Below, piece after piece: positions 26,796 through 36,020 of a DNA stretch of 64,000 nt; positions within the stretch are counted from its first letter, which is position 1; each line of letters starts with the position of its first letter. The DNA comes from an uncultured Fibrobacteria bacterium (lineage in GTDB: Bacteria > Fibrobacterota > Fibrobacteria > UBA11236). A program made the position numbers and the translations under genes. The notes under the pieces were generated by a model that saw nothing but the letters and a program-made list of their open reading frames with translations, was not told the DNA's origin and made no database searches. Location of the stretch: contig OY970309.1 in assembly GCA_963716395.1 (NCBI GenBank), positions 1,184,001 through 1,248,000 of the forward strand, given 5' to 3'.

Positions 26796-27163
26796 GGCGA
26801 TTCCCGGCACAGGGCTTCGACCAAAGCGCGGGCGCTGGCCCGGAATTGGGCGCGGGTGGATTGCAGGGCCTGATCCGAAACTTCGAACACCACCCACGCC
26901 GGGGTCGAAAGCTGCGGACGCGCCTGGCGGAATGTTTCGCGCAAAAGGCGACGAAAGGTGTTGCGCTGAACGGCATGGCCCGAGCGCTTGCGCACCACGA
27001 AGCCGATACGGCTTTCATCGATTCCCGGGCCCCGGGCATAACGCATGGCCAGGGGAAAACTTCGCATCAAGCGTCCTTCGGCCTTGATACGCCGGTACAT
27101 TTCCGGCGAATCCAGGCGAGCGGTGCGCAACGAAAGTTTGTGCGAAGGCGGGGAAGCGTTCAA
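26792..27163 (-). CDS. rnpA: RNase P protein component
   Basis: RIGFVVRKRSGHAVQRNTFRRLLRE; position between rpmH and yidD. Confidence 0.9.
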   Translation of the reverse strand: MNASPPSHKLSLRTARLDSPEMYRRIKAEGRLMRSFPLAMRYARGPGIDESRIGFVVRKRSGHAVQRNTFRRLLRETFRQARPQLSTPAWVVFEVSDQALQSTRAQFRASARALVEALCRESP

Positions 27164-27187
27164 AAGAAGAAAGCGGCTAAATGTCCT

Positions 27188-27349
27188 CTAAATATCCTTA
27201 TGGGCCATGGAATCGCTGACCGTCAATTTCCAGCGTCCTTTGGCCCGGCGCCGCGCAAGCACTTGGCGTCCGTCTTTATCGGCCATGCGGGCGCGAAATC
27301 CGTGCTTGTTCACCCGCTTGCGATTGCGGGGCTGAAAGGTTCTTTTCAT
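27188..27349 (-). CDS. rpmH: 50S ribosomal protein L34 (absent from the ORF track)
   Basis: Manual translation [53 protein letters not shown]. Confidence 0.97.
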   Translation of the reverse strand: MKRTFQPRNRKRVNKHGFRARMADKDGRQVLARRRAKGRWKLTVSDSMAHKDI

Positions 27350-27484
27350 GATGGAATCCTGTAAAAAGAGGACTCAATTTACATCCTTAAACCCTTTGGA
27401 TTCAAGGCCCTGTACGGCGTTCACGCCGGAATTTTCCCGAATTGCAGAGATTGTGAAACGATTTTTAAATCCTTTGGCAAGGCG

Positions 27485-28399
27485 GTGTTGGTTTTGCAGT
27501 TGATTTCCAGGAATTCTTCAGCGCTTTCCGCAAGCGCGCAAACTTCTCGACGCGCAAACTTTTGGGTCGATCGACTGGCCTCGGTTTTGGGAGGCCTGCT
27601 GTGGGCGACGGGATTCCGCCGTCGGGTCATGGCGCGGAATGCGAAACTCATGGGTTTCGCCGGCGAGCCGCGTTTGCGGCAAAGGCTGTGTTGCGCTGCC
27701 GCGCGCGATGTCTGTGCTCTCATCCCCGGGCGGAATTTTTCGCTGCCGCTCGTTGCGGGAGAAGCCTGTTTGCGGGCCATGCAAACCCAATCGTCGCTGC
27801 TGCTCACGGCGCATTTTCATAATTGGGAGCGCATGGGCGGAGAATTAATTCGCCGCAACGTCCCGTTGCTTTCGGCGGCTTTGCCATTGCGCCAGCCTGC
27901 AGCCGAACGCCTGCTGCAGCACCTGCGGCGGCGGCTGGGGGTGAAGACGGTGTCGCAAGACGTTCCACGGGCGGCCCTGCGCCACCTCGAAGCGGGCCGC
28001 TGCTTCGCCCTGCTCTGGGACCAGCACGCACCGCGCTCCCCTTACGAGGGGACTTTTTTCGGACTGCAAGTGAAGATGAATCCGTTGCCCTACTTTCTTC
28101 TGCGCCGTCACCCCTGTCCGGTTTTTTTCGGTGTGCCCTTGCCCGACGGAAGCTGGCGGTTGTTGCCTTTGCTGCGGACCCGGGAAAAGGGTTGGGAAAA
28201 AAAATTGACCCGTCGTTATCACCGCGTACTCGAGGTTTTGATCCGCCGCCACCCCGAATACGGATATGTTTTTTTCCACGCCCGTTTCAAAAACTTGGCC
28301 CCCTACCCGGGTCATCGCTCTACCGCGCCGGGATTCTTCAGTAACTTATGGAACAGGAAAATGTTCCCCTCCCTCCCCGCCCCCCGGATGCGCCCTTGA
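27485..28399 (+). CDS. Lipid A / lysophospholipid acyltransferase (LpxL-like)
   Basis: LLTAHFHNWE, LLWDQ, FFG, IRRHPEY..F.H.RFK; start uncertain. Confidence 0.75.
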   Translation: MLVLQLISRNSSALSASAQTSRRANFWVDRLASVLGGLLWATGFRRRVMARNAKLMGFAGEPRLRQRLCCAAARDVCALIPGRNFSLPLVAGEACLRAMQTQSSLLLTAHFHNWERMGGELIRRNVPLLSAALPLRQPAAERLLQHLRRRLGVKTVSQDVPRAALRHLEAGRCFALLWDQHAPRSPYEGTFFGLQVKMNPLPYFLLRRHPCPVFFGVPLPDGSWRLLPLLRTREKGWEKKLTRRYHRVLEVLIRRHPEYGYVFFHARFKNLAPYPGHRSTAPGFFSNLWNRKMFPSLPAPRMRP

Positions 28400-28668
28400 A
28401 GTCACCTCCACGCATCCATCCTTTTTTGCCCACGGTTTCCCTGGTGCTGCTGGGCGTGGCCGTTGCCGGAGGATATTTTCTTCGCCATGCCGGGGCACAA
28501 CCCGCCATAGCCCCGCATCGCAGCAGCGTCGTGATGGTAATTGCCATTTCCTTGCTCTTCGGCGGCGGTGTGGCCTTTTGGCTGCGCCGTTTCGGTCTCC
28601 GCTATCCCTGGATTGCCGCTTTGGTGTCCACGGTTTTGGTGCTGGGGTTGTGGTGGTGGCCGCATTAA
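28348..28668 (+). CDS. Small hypothetical membrane protein (about 3 TM)
   Basis: Three hydrophobic segments. Confidence 0.55.
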   Translation: MEQENVPLPPRPPDAPLKSPPRIHPFLPTVSLVLLGVAVAGGYFLRHAGAQPAIAPHRSSVVMVIAISLLFGGGVAFWLRRFGLRYPWIAALVSTVLVLGLWWWPH

Positions 28669-28742
28669 TCAAACCTCCCGGCAAGACCACATTGCTTTGA
28701 GCTAAAATTTCGGTGTTCTGGATTTGAAACCGAGGAACGCAA

Positions 28743-29327
28743 ATGGAGTGGAGCGCGGTAATTTGGTTGGCGGTGGCGGTGATCGCGGTGGCCGCTGTGG
28801 CCGTGGGGGTACTCGGCGCTTCGCGCCGGCGCGCTCCATCGACCCCCCCGCAAGGGGAACCCGCGCCCATCTATACCAGCGGCGTCTTCTCGCTGATCCG
28901 CAAATCACCCCGCCAATCCGTGTTGGCCCGAGTTCCGGATCTCGAATCGGTGCACGCCGTACTGCGAACCGAGCCCGCGTATGGGCGCGCCAATGGAACC
29001 GCCGAACAATACCGCGATCACTGGGTACGTATGGCGAATCTTTGTATTAGTAACGTCGAACACGGAGACAAACAGGGCATCCAGACTTACTGTTATGCGG
29101 TGCCGGAGCAATGCCAGGCCACATGCGGGCGTTTCGGCGGCGACGCATATGTGACGCGGGATCAACTGCACCATCAGCCGCTGTTGATTCCGCCCTTCCA
29201 TCTCGGCTGCGCGTGCGAAATAAAACCACGCGAAGCCTGGCAGGGAGGATCCGGTGGCTGGTCTCCCATTCTGCCCGTGAACGGCCAGTACGATACGCCG
29301 GATTGGAGAACCGTTGTCCGCCTTTAG
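28743..29327 (+). CDS. Membrane-anchored hypothetical protein with a Cys/His metal-binding motif
   Basis: N-terminal TM; CQATC ... PPFHLGCAC; GAGGA RBS. Confidence 0.7.
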   Translation: MEWSAVIWLAVAVIAVAAVAVGVLGASRRRAPSTPPQGEPAPIYTSGVFSLIRKSPRQSVLARVPDLESVHAVLRTEPAYGRANGTAEQYRDHWVRMANLCISNVEHGDKQGIQTYCYAVPEQCQATCGRFGGDAYVTRDQLHHQPLLIPPFHLGCACEIKPREAWQGGSGGWSPILPVNGQYDTPDWRTVVRL

Positions 29328-31752
29328 CGCCCGACCCTTTCGCGCCGCCGTCTTGACCTTCGCCTCCTTCGCCTTCCTGGCGGTGGAAGGCGTTCGCGGT
29401 CAGGAAGGATCGGCCGTGATTACCTTGGTCATGCCCGTGGGTGCCCGGCAATTGGGCATGGGTGAATCCGGTGTGGCGCTGGCCGACGATGTGTACGGAA
29501 CCTATTGGAATCCGGGCGGCTTGGCGTTCGGGCCGGTAGCCAACGAATGGCAGGTCATGCTTCCGCGCACCTATGAGCACGAAGGCGTGAAACTCAACCA
29601 CGATTTCACCGCCCTTGTCACCCGCCCGCGCACCGGCTTCCTGACCAAATCCGAAGTGTGGGCCGGCGCCAAGGACGGGCTGGTTTTCTACGACGGCAAG
29701 AATTGGCGCAGCAACTATGAATATGTGATGGAGCAAGGCGACAAGGTCGAGGCCGTGGTGCGACGCTATGCGGGCAGCGGGAAGAATTTGGATTCGCTGG
29801 TGGCCCGCGTGAAACGCTACAACCATTTGAAAACCGCCAAGGACGAAGCCGATCTGCTCACGTTGAGGCTTCCCTACAACCTGCTCTTTCCGGATCAGAC
29901 CGTGACGGCTTTGGCGCTCGACAATACCGATCGCTTATGGGTGGGAACGCCCATCGGTTTGTTCCGCTTCGACGGCCAGAGCTGGAAGTCTTTTGATGAA
30001 GAGGACGGATTCACCTACATCACCGACACCACGGCGGCGACCGCCGCCGACGCCATGGATACCCCCGATTCCACGGCGGTGAAGCCGGATACTTCCGCAT
30101 CCGCCCGTCCGGATTCAACGGCCCGCGCCGATTCACTCGGAAAAACGGCCGATTCGACCCGAGCCGCCGCCGCATCCGCCGACACGGCGGCGAAGAAAAG
30201 CCCCTATCGGCAACTGGCCATCACCGCGCTAGCCGTGAAAGGCACCAGCGTTTGGATCGGCACCAATGATGGATTGTACGAGTATGAGAAAAGTTCCATC
30301 GTACGACGCGGGGCGGATTTGCTGCCGACGCAATCCATCACTTCGATCGCCACGCATCCCGATGTCGACGAGGTGTATGTAGGCCTTTTGCACAAAGGTG
30401 TGGCCCGCTACCGCGCCCCGCGCATCGCGGGAGCGCCGGCGAAGTGGAGGCTCTTCACCGTCGCCGACGGTCTGCTCGATTCCAATGTGACCGAGGTGGT
30501 GTTGGACAAATACGGCCACGTGTATGCGGTGCATCCCGGCGGCGTCTCGCATTTCAATCTGCGCGATTGGGAGCGCTACCGCTTTCCCCAACAAAAGGTT
30601 CGGGGCGTGGCCGTCGACGAAGACAATCATGTCTGGATTGCCACCTCGGAGGGCGCCTGGAAACTGACGCCGGCGTATTCCACGCCCCGAGGCCGTTTGC
30701 TCACAGCGCGCGACACCTCGGCGCAAGCCGAGCGCAAAGGCATCGACCTGGTGCATTTTCATGTCGGCAACGGGTTGAGCAACGACGACGTGAGCGCGGT
30801 GCAAACCGAGGGCGGCGATATCTGGTTTCTCACCGGCGGCGGTATCGAACGCTACAACCGCGCCAAGTCGCAAGTGGGCTTTTTTTATGAAAGCCTGCTT
30901 CCCGTGCTTAACCTGCAGGACTTGTACCACGCCTTTATGGGCGCCACCTTTCCCATCGAAGAATGGGGGACCTTGGGCGGCTTCGTGAACTACGTTTCCT
31001 TCGGCCAAAACTTGCAAACCACCGCCGACGGCAGCACCCAATCCAATTTCGACGCCTACGAATTGGTGGCCGACCTCACCTATTCCACCCGGCTCAGTCA
31101 AAACGCGGGCCTCGGTGTGAACGCCAAATTCATTTATTCGGCTTTGAGCCAGGGCGTCACCTCGAGTGGGGAAAAATCCGACGGGATCGCCGCCAGCTAC
31201 GCGGTGGATTTGGGCTTCCTGCAGCACAATCTGGGGGGCATCAACGGGTTATCGCTGGGCGTCGTGATGCAAAACATGGGGCCGGCGGTATTCTATGTCG
31301 ATCAGGCCCAGTCCGATCCCATTCCCTTCACCTGGAAGATCGGCCTCGCCTACAACCTCATCAGCACGCCCAACCACCGCCTCACGGTCGAGACCGACGC
31401 CAACCGCGAGGCGTTCTACCGCTACGGCGATCAGGCCGCCCCGGTGTGGATCGGCGCCTGGAAGGAGTTGGTCTATCCCGGCGGCTCCGATCAGGGGTAT
31501 TCCGTGGCCGAGACGTGGATGCAGAATTTACGGCGTACGGTGTACGATATGGGCGCGGAGTACGTGTACGCCAAGGTGGTTGCGTTACGCGCGGGTTACC
31601 TGTACGATCAAAGCGGCCAACGTTACGAAGGCGATTTGGGGTTGGGCTTCATGCTGTCCGACATTCTGCAAATCGACGGAACCTTCATCAAATCGTTCAA
31701 CGCCGGCATCCGGAACGACCAGAAGCGCTTCAGCATGATTCTCAGGTTTTAG
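29314..31752 (+). CDS. PorV/PorQ-family outer-membrane barrel with inserted LysM-like and beta-propeller repeats
   Basis: PVGARQLGMGE.GVA.ADD....YWNPGGL at the N-terminus; LWVGT..GL repeats; YAVDLG, QNMG, GAEY..LRAGY, C-terminal Phe. Confidence 0.85.
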   Translation: MSAFSARPFRAAVLTFASFAFLAVEGVRGQEGSAVITLVMPVGARQLGMGESGVALADDVYGTYWNPGGLAFGPVANEWQVMLPRTYEHEGVKLNHDFTALVTRPRTGFLTKSEVWAGAKDGLVFYDGKNWRSNYEYVMEQGDKVEAVVRRYAGSGKNLDSLVARVKRYNHLKTAKDEADLLTLRLPYNLLFPDQTVTALALDNTDRLWVGTPIGLFRFDGQSWKSFDEEDGFTYITDTTAATAADAMDTPDSTAVKPDTSASARPDSTARADSLGKTADSTRAAAASADTAAKKSPYRQLAITALAVKGTSVWIGTNDGLYEYEKSSIVRRGADLLPTQSITSIATHPDVDEVYVGLLHKGVARYRAPRIAGAPAKWRLFTVADGLLDSNVTEVVLDKYGHVYAVHPGGVSHFNLRDWERYRFPQQKVRGVAVDEDNHVWIATSEGAWKLTPAYSTPRGRLLTARDTSAQAERKGIDLVHFHVGNGLSNDDVSAVQTEGGDIWFLTGGGIERYNRAKSQVGFFYESLLPVLNLQDLYHAFMGATFPIEEWGTLGGFVNYVSFGQNLQTTADGSTQSNFDAYELVADLTYSTRLSQNAGLGVNAKFIYSALSQGVTSSGEKSDGIAASYAVDLGFLQHNLGGINGLSLGVVMQNMGPAVFYVDQAQSDPIPFTWKIGLAYNLISTPNHRLTVETDANREAFYRYGDQAAPVWIGAWKELVYPGGSDQGYSVAETWMQNLRRTVYDMGAEYVYAKVVALRAGYLYDQSGQRYEGDLGLGFMLSDILQIDGTFIKSFNAGIRNDQKRFSMILRF

Positions 31753-31843
31753 GAAGTCAGGCGCCGATGGTTCGCCGGCGAAAGTCCTGCGGCTGATCCC
31801 GGGCCGAGCGCGAGCGTCTCAGCCCACTGGTGGTATTCGGAAT

Positions 31844-32380
31844 TTATCCCGCTTGCGCCTGAAGAAGGGAAACCGCATCTTCCTGCGCTTTCGCTGCGGA
31901 AGCACGCGTGCGCGTTTTCGGCTTTTCGCCGGCACCGGTCAGAGCCCGCAGCCCGCGGTGCTTTTCATAGCGCTGCATGAGTCGATACACATAGGCGACC
32001 GAAACCTGCTGCCGCACGGTTTTCAGCACTTCGGGCAAAAGCTCTTTGGCTTTGCGCGCCTGGCCCGAAGCGATTAACTCCTGCAACTTAGCCACCAATT
32101 TCAATTCCTCTTCTTCGCTGAGATAGGCCCGGCGCCGTCCGCCCCGGCCTTTGCGATTCAAGGCTTTGGGGCCCTCGTGGTTGTATTGCTTGACCCACAG
32201 CCACACCGCCTGCTTGGAAACCTGCAACAGGTCGGATACGCGATGGGCGTGAAACGGGCCGCGCTCGGTGAGCCAGATGGCCAAGCGCTTTTTGTAGGCT
32301 TCGAGATTGGGAGCTTGGCGCACCCATTCGCCCATTTCTTCGGGCGTCAGCCAGTTGTGGATGCGGGCCGGCATTTTCAT
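31844..32380 (-). CDS. Stand-alone HTH protein related to the IS630 transposase DNA-binding region
   Basis: RLAIWL..VSKQAVWLWVKQYN..GP.AL..KGRGGRR.AYLS.EEE, YVYRLM; no DDE domain nearby. Confidence 0.7.
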   Translation of the reverse strand: MKMPARIHNWLTPEEMGEWVRQAPNLEAYKKRLAIWLTERGPFHAHRVSDLLQVSKQAVWLWVKQYNHEGPKALNRKGRGGRRRAYLSEEEELKLVAKLQELIASGQARKAKELLPEVLKTVRQQVSVAYVYRLMQRYEKHRGLRALTGAGEKPKTRTRASAAKAQEDAVSLLQAQAG

Positions 32381-32652
32381 GGATGTGAAAATTGTACCAT
32401 CACTCCACCATCGATGTGCAGCAAAAAATTTCGAACTGCGGCAAAATTATCGGTGTTTGACGCTGCGTCCGCCGGAGCCGATGCGGATATCCCGGCGACG
32501 CGCGTTGCTATGCTTGAACTTTCTCAAACCGGCCGGGGAAAATCCCGGGGGAAAATGCCGACACCATTGCACCAGGGTGAAATTTTTGTCCGGAAAGCGG
32601 CCGTGGCCCGTCCGACCCAAGGCCCTATGCGCCGCAGGTTCGGGGATTAAGC

Positions 32653-33153
32653 GTGGCGGCCGGCTTTTCCTCCGCCCCGCAACCTCTGGCCGGCCCGGTC
32701 GAGGTTTATGCCGACGGGTGTTGCCTGGGAAATCCGGGGCCAGGCGGCTACGGGGCCGTGCTGCTTTACGGCGGCCGCCGCAAAGAATTGCAGGGCGGCT
32801 TTCAACGCACCACCAACAACCGCATGGAAATTCTGGCGGCCATCCGCGCGTTGGAAGCGCTTAAAGATCCCTGCCGTGTCATAATGCATTCGGATTCGCA
32901 GTATCTGGTCAAGGCCATGAACGAAGGTTGGGCGGAAAATTGGAAGACGCGCGGCTGGAAAACCCGCGACAACAAGCCCGCCATGAATCCCGATTTATGG
33001 CAGCGCCTGATGCGGCTCTGCCTGGATCACAAGGTCGAGTTCCGCTGGGTGAAGGGCCACAGCGGCGTGGTTGAAAACGAAAGGGCCGACGCCTTGGCGC
33101 GGCAGGCGGCCCGCGGCGAAGATTTGCAGATCGATTCGGGATACGGTACCTGA
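32653..33153 (+). CDS. rnhA: Ribonuclease HI
   Basis: DGCCLGNPGPGG, TTNNRME, DSQY, WVKGH..NERAD. Confidence 0.95.
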   Translation: MAAGFSSAPQPLAGPVEVYADGCCLGNPGPGGYGAVLLYGGRRKELQGGFQRTTNNRMEILAAIRALEALKDPCRVIMHSDSQYLVKAMNEGWAENWKTRGWKTRDNKPAMNPDLWQRLMRLCLDHKVEFRWVKGHSGVVENERADALARQAARGEDLQIDSGYGT

Positions 33154-33196
33154 ATCCGCACCCCGTCGGGCCATAGGCCCGAATTACCTTTGACGC

Positions 33197-33901
33197 ATGC
33201 CCGCCCGCCAATACAAGTATTACGACCTCGTCATGGCCGCTTTCGTGACCGTGATTTTATGCTCCAACTTTATCGGCGCGGCCAAGCAGGCCGTGGTCAA
33301 CTTGCCCTGGCTCGGGCCCACCAAATTCGGCGCGGGCGTGCTGTTCTTTCCCATCTCCTACCTCTTCGGCGACATTCTCACCGAGGTGTACGGCTATGCC
33401 CGCGATCGCCGCGTGGTATGGGCCGGCTTCGGCGCGCTCGCCTTCGCGTCGATCATGGCCTGGGTCGTCATCCATCTCCCGCCCGCCGACGACGCTTATA
33501 TGAAAACCTATCAGGGCCAGCTCGAAGGCGTGTTCGGCAACGCCTGGCGCATCGCGGCGGGTTCGATGATCGCCTTCTGGTCGGGCAGCTTCGCCAACAG
33601 TTTCGTCCTGGCCAAAATGAAAATCTTCACGGAAGGGAAATGGCTGTGGATGCGCACCATCGGTTCGACCGCGGTGGGTGAAGCCGTCGACTCGACGTTG
33701 TTTTATGTGATTGCCTTTTACGGCATCTGGACCACCGGCGACATTTTCAAAGTCGCCCTGGTGCAATACTTTTTGAAAACGGGATGGGAAGTGGTCATGA
33801 CGCCGGTGACCTATCAAATCGTGGGCTTTCTCAAAAGCCGGGAACACGAAGATTATTACGACCGCCATACGAATTTCACGCCGTTCTCTTTCAAAGCCTG
33901 A
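33197..33901 (+). CDS. Queuosine precursor transporter (YhhQ/VUT family)
   Basis: FPISYLFGDILTEVYG, WLWMRTIGST.VGE.VDS. Confidence 0.9.
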   Translation: MPARQYKYYDLVMAAFVTVILCSNFIGAAKQAVVNLPWLGPTKFGAGVLFFPISYLFGDILTEVYGYARDRRVVWAGFGALAFASIMAWVVIHLPPADDAYMKTYQGQLEGVFGNAWRIAAGSMIAFWSGSFANSFVLAKMKIFTEGKWLWMRTIGSTAVGEAVDSTLFYVIAFYGIWTTGDIFKVALVQYFLKTGWEVVMTPVTYQIVGFLKSREHEDYYDRHTNFTPFSFKA

Positions 33902-33907
33902 GGTCCC

Positions 33908-35014
33908 GTGTCCGAATCCCTTGACATCCTCGGCATGACGCGCGCACGGCTGGGCCGCGAAATCGGGGCCTTGCATTCCCGGCCGGGAAAAGGCAATTAC
34001 CACGGCGACGCGCTGTTTCGCGCCGTGCATCGCGGCGGCGTGTTCGCTCCCGAAGCCTTGCCCGCCTTCATTGCCAATCCCGCCTTGGCCCGGCGCGTGC
34101 GCGCACGCTTTCACCTGAATCTGCCGCAGCTTGCCGGTCGGCACGAAGACGGACCGGCCTACAAATTTTTGCTGCGGCTGGAGGACGGCCTGGAAAGCGA
34201 AAGCGTGGTTATTCCCATGCGTCATTACAAATCGTTGTGCGTTTCGTCGCAGATCGGTTGTAAAATGGGATGCCGCTTTTGCGAAACCGCGCAAATGGGT
34301 TTTCTGCGCCATCTCACGGCCGGGGAAATCGTGGCGCAAGTTGCGGTGGCCCGCCACGTCTTACACGAACCCATTGAAAACGTCGTGTTCATGGGCATGG
34401 GCGAACCCTTGGACAATTTCGATTCCGTGATCGACGCGGTGCGAATTCTTTCCGACGCGCAGGGATTGACCATTCCCCTGAAAGCCGTGACGATTTCCAC
34501 GGTCGGACATGTACCGGGCCTCTTGCGCCTGGCCGAAGAAATCCGCCGGCCCCGGCCCGCGGGTCTCCCGCGCCTGCGGCTGGCGGTATCGGTGAATGCG
34601 CCCGACGACGCGTTGCGCCTTGCCATCATGCCGGCCAACCGGCTTTGGCCGTTGGGCGAATTGAAGGTCGTGCTGCGGCAATGGCCGCTTTCGCATCGCG
34701 ACGATTTCATCTTGGCCGAATACGTTTTGCTCGCGGGCGTGAACGACACCAACCGCCATGCCCTGGCGCTGGCCGCATGGCTGCGGGGGGTGAAGGCCTG
34801 CGTCAATCTCATTCCCTGCAATCCGCGCACGGGTTCGCCCTTTGCCCGGCCGCCCCGTGAACGCGTGGCCGGTTTCTTCCATACCTTGATGGCCGCCGGG
34901 CAATATTGCCGCATCCGCGGCACCAAAGGAGATGGCGCCATGGCGGCCTGCGGCCAATTGGGCAACCGCGCATTGGTCCGCACCTCGCGGCCTTCGGAAA
35001 AGGAGATGGCCTGA
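33908..35014 (+). CDS. rlmN: RlmN/Cfr family radical SAM RNA methyltransferase
   Basis: CVSSQIGCKMGCRFC, VFMGMGEP, AACGQL. Confidence 0.88.
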   Translation: MSESLDILGMTRARLGREIGALHSRPGKGNYHGDALFRAVHRGGVFAPEALPAFIANPALARRVRARFHLNLPQLAGRHEDGPAYKFLLRLEDGLESESVVIPMRHYKSLCVSSQIGCKMGCRFCETAQMGFLRHLTAGEIVAQVAVARHVLHEPIENVVFMGMGEPLDNFDSVIDAVRILSDAQGLTIPLKAVTISTVGHVPGLLRLAEEIRRPRPAGLPRLRLAVSVNAPDDALRLAIMPANRLWPLGELKVVLRQWPLSHRDDFILAEYVLLAGVNDTNRHALALAAWLRGVKACVNLIPCNPRTGSPFARPPRERVAGFFHTLMAAGQYCRIRGTKGDGAMAACGQLGNRALVRTSRPSEKEMA

Positions 35015-35493
35015 TGCCAACGGTGGTCGTACCAACCCCTATCGGCGGGGTGCGCGCGCATGCCGACGCCCGTGGCCGACTAGTGGCCCTGGATTTTTTG
35101 AAAGGCCCGGACGGAAAACGACAGACCGCGGATTTGGGTTTTGATTCCGCCCTGCGGAACCGCCTGCAAAAAGCCCTGGATGCGTATTTCGAAAAAGGGC
35201 GGCCTTTTCCCCGGCTGCCCGTGGGTAACACCGGTGGAACTCCATTTCAGCGCCGCGTCTGGCGCGCGTTGACGCGCATCCCCTTGGGACAAACCCGGAC
35301 TTACGGCGAAGTGGCCGCTTCCATCGGTGCGCCCAGGGCGGCGCGGGCCGTGGGTGCGGCCTGTGGAGCCAATCCTCTGCCACTCCTCGTTCCCTGCCAC
35401 CGCGTGCTGGCTGCGGGCGGAGGGCTCGGCGGTTTCAGCGGCGGGCTTTCGATCAAGAAAAAATTGCTGCGCGTTGAAGGCGTTGTGGTTTAA
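35014..35493 (+). CDS. ogt: Methylated-DNA--protein-cysteine methyltransferase
   Basis: GTPFQRRVW, ARAVG.AC..NP, PCHRV. Confidence 0.92.
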   Translation: MPTVVVPTPIGGVRAHADARGRLVALDFLKGPDGKRQTADLGFDSALRNRLQKALDAYFEKGRPFPRLPVGNTGGTPFQRRVWRALTRIPLGQTRTYGEVAASIGAPRAARAVGAACGANPLPLLVPCHRVLAAGGGLGGFSGGLSIKKKLLRVEGVVV

Positions 35494-35675
35494 AAGGAAA
35501 CGCACGCTGCCGATTCGAACTGGGTTGGTACCAACAAATTTGCCCCCCTTAATCCAAAGCAGGAATCCCGGGCCCCCTTTTTGTCATAATGGCCAAATAC
35601 ATGCTTTTTTGACAATTATAGTTTAATGGGACAATGCGCAACGGCGGAATACTTTCACAATCACCTATATCAAAA

Positions 35676-35690
35676 TGGTATGCCTTTTGC
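35676..35690 (+). promoter_or_regulatory. Candidate sigma54 (-24/-12) promoter
   Basis: TGGTATGCCTTTTGC versus consensus TGGCACG-N4-TTGC, exact spacing, in an AT-rich intergenic region. Confidence 0.55.
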
Positions 35691-35735
35691 GCCTCATTCA
35701 ATACAGAAAGTTTATCCCAACAAAGGAGATTCGCC

Positions 35736-35918
35736 ATGTCGGACAAAAAGCCAGAAAAGAAAAAAGCAGTGACCCTGGATGACGTGAAACCCTTGCATCC
35801 CGATGAGTATCCCGCCCAGCATTTGAAGCAAAAGCTGGATGCGCGTCGCGATGAGTTGGCGGATATCAAGGAGCACTATCCTTCCGAAGGGTTGGAGACC
35901 AGCGAATACACCGAGTAA
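35736..35918 (+). CDS. Small charged hypothetical protein (60 aa)
   Basis: Strong AAGGAGA RBS before ATG 35736. Confidence 0.7.
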   Translation: MSDKKPEKKKAVTLDDVKPLHPDEYPAQHLKQKLDARRDELADIKEHYPSEGLETSEYTE

Positions 35919-36020
35919 CCGCCCCGCTGCGGTTACTCCGGTGCAATGCATACCCGTAATATCCCGCAGCGCAGGTAAGGTTTGCGGGAGAAGACGGGTA
36001 GTGGTAGAATCAATTCCCCG

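Noticed and set aside
31844-32380. Active IS630 element
   Set aside because: No catalytic domain or terminal inverted repeats were found.
32385-32400. CRP-like site TGTGA-N6-TACCA
   Set aside because: The right half-site is poor, so it could easily arise by chance.
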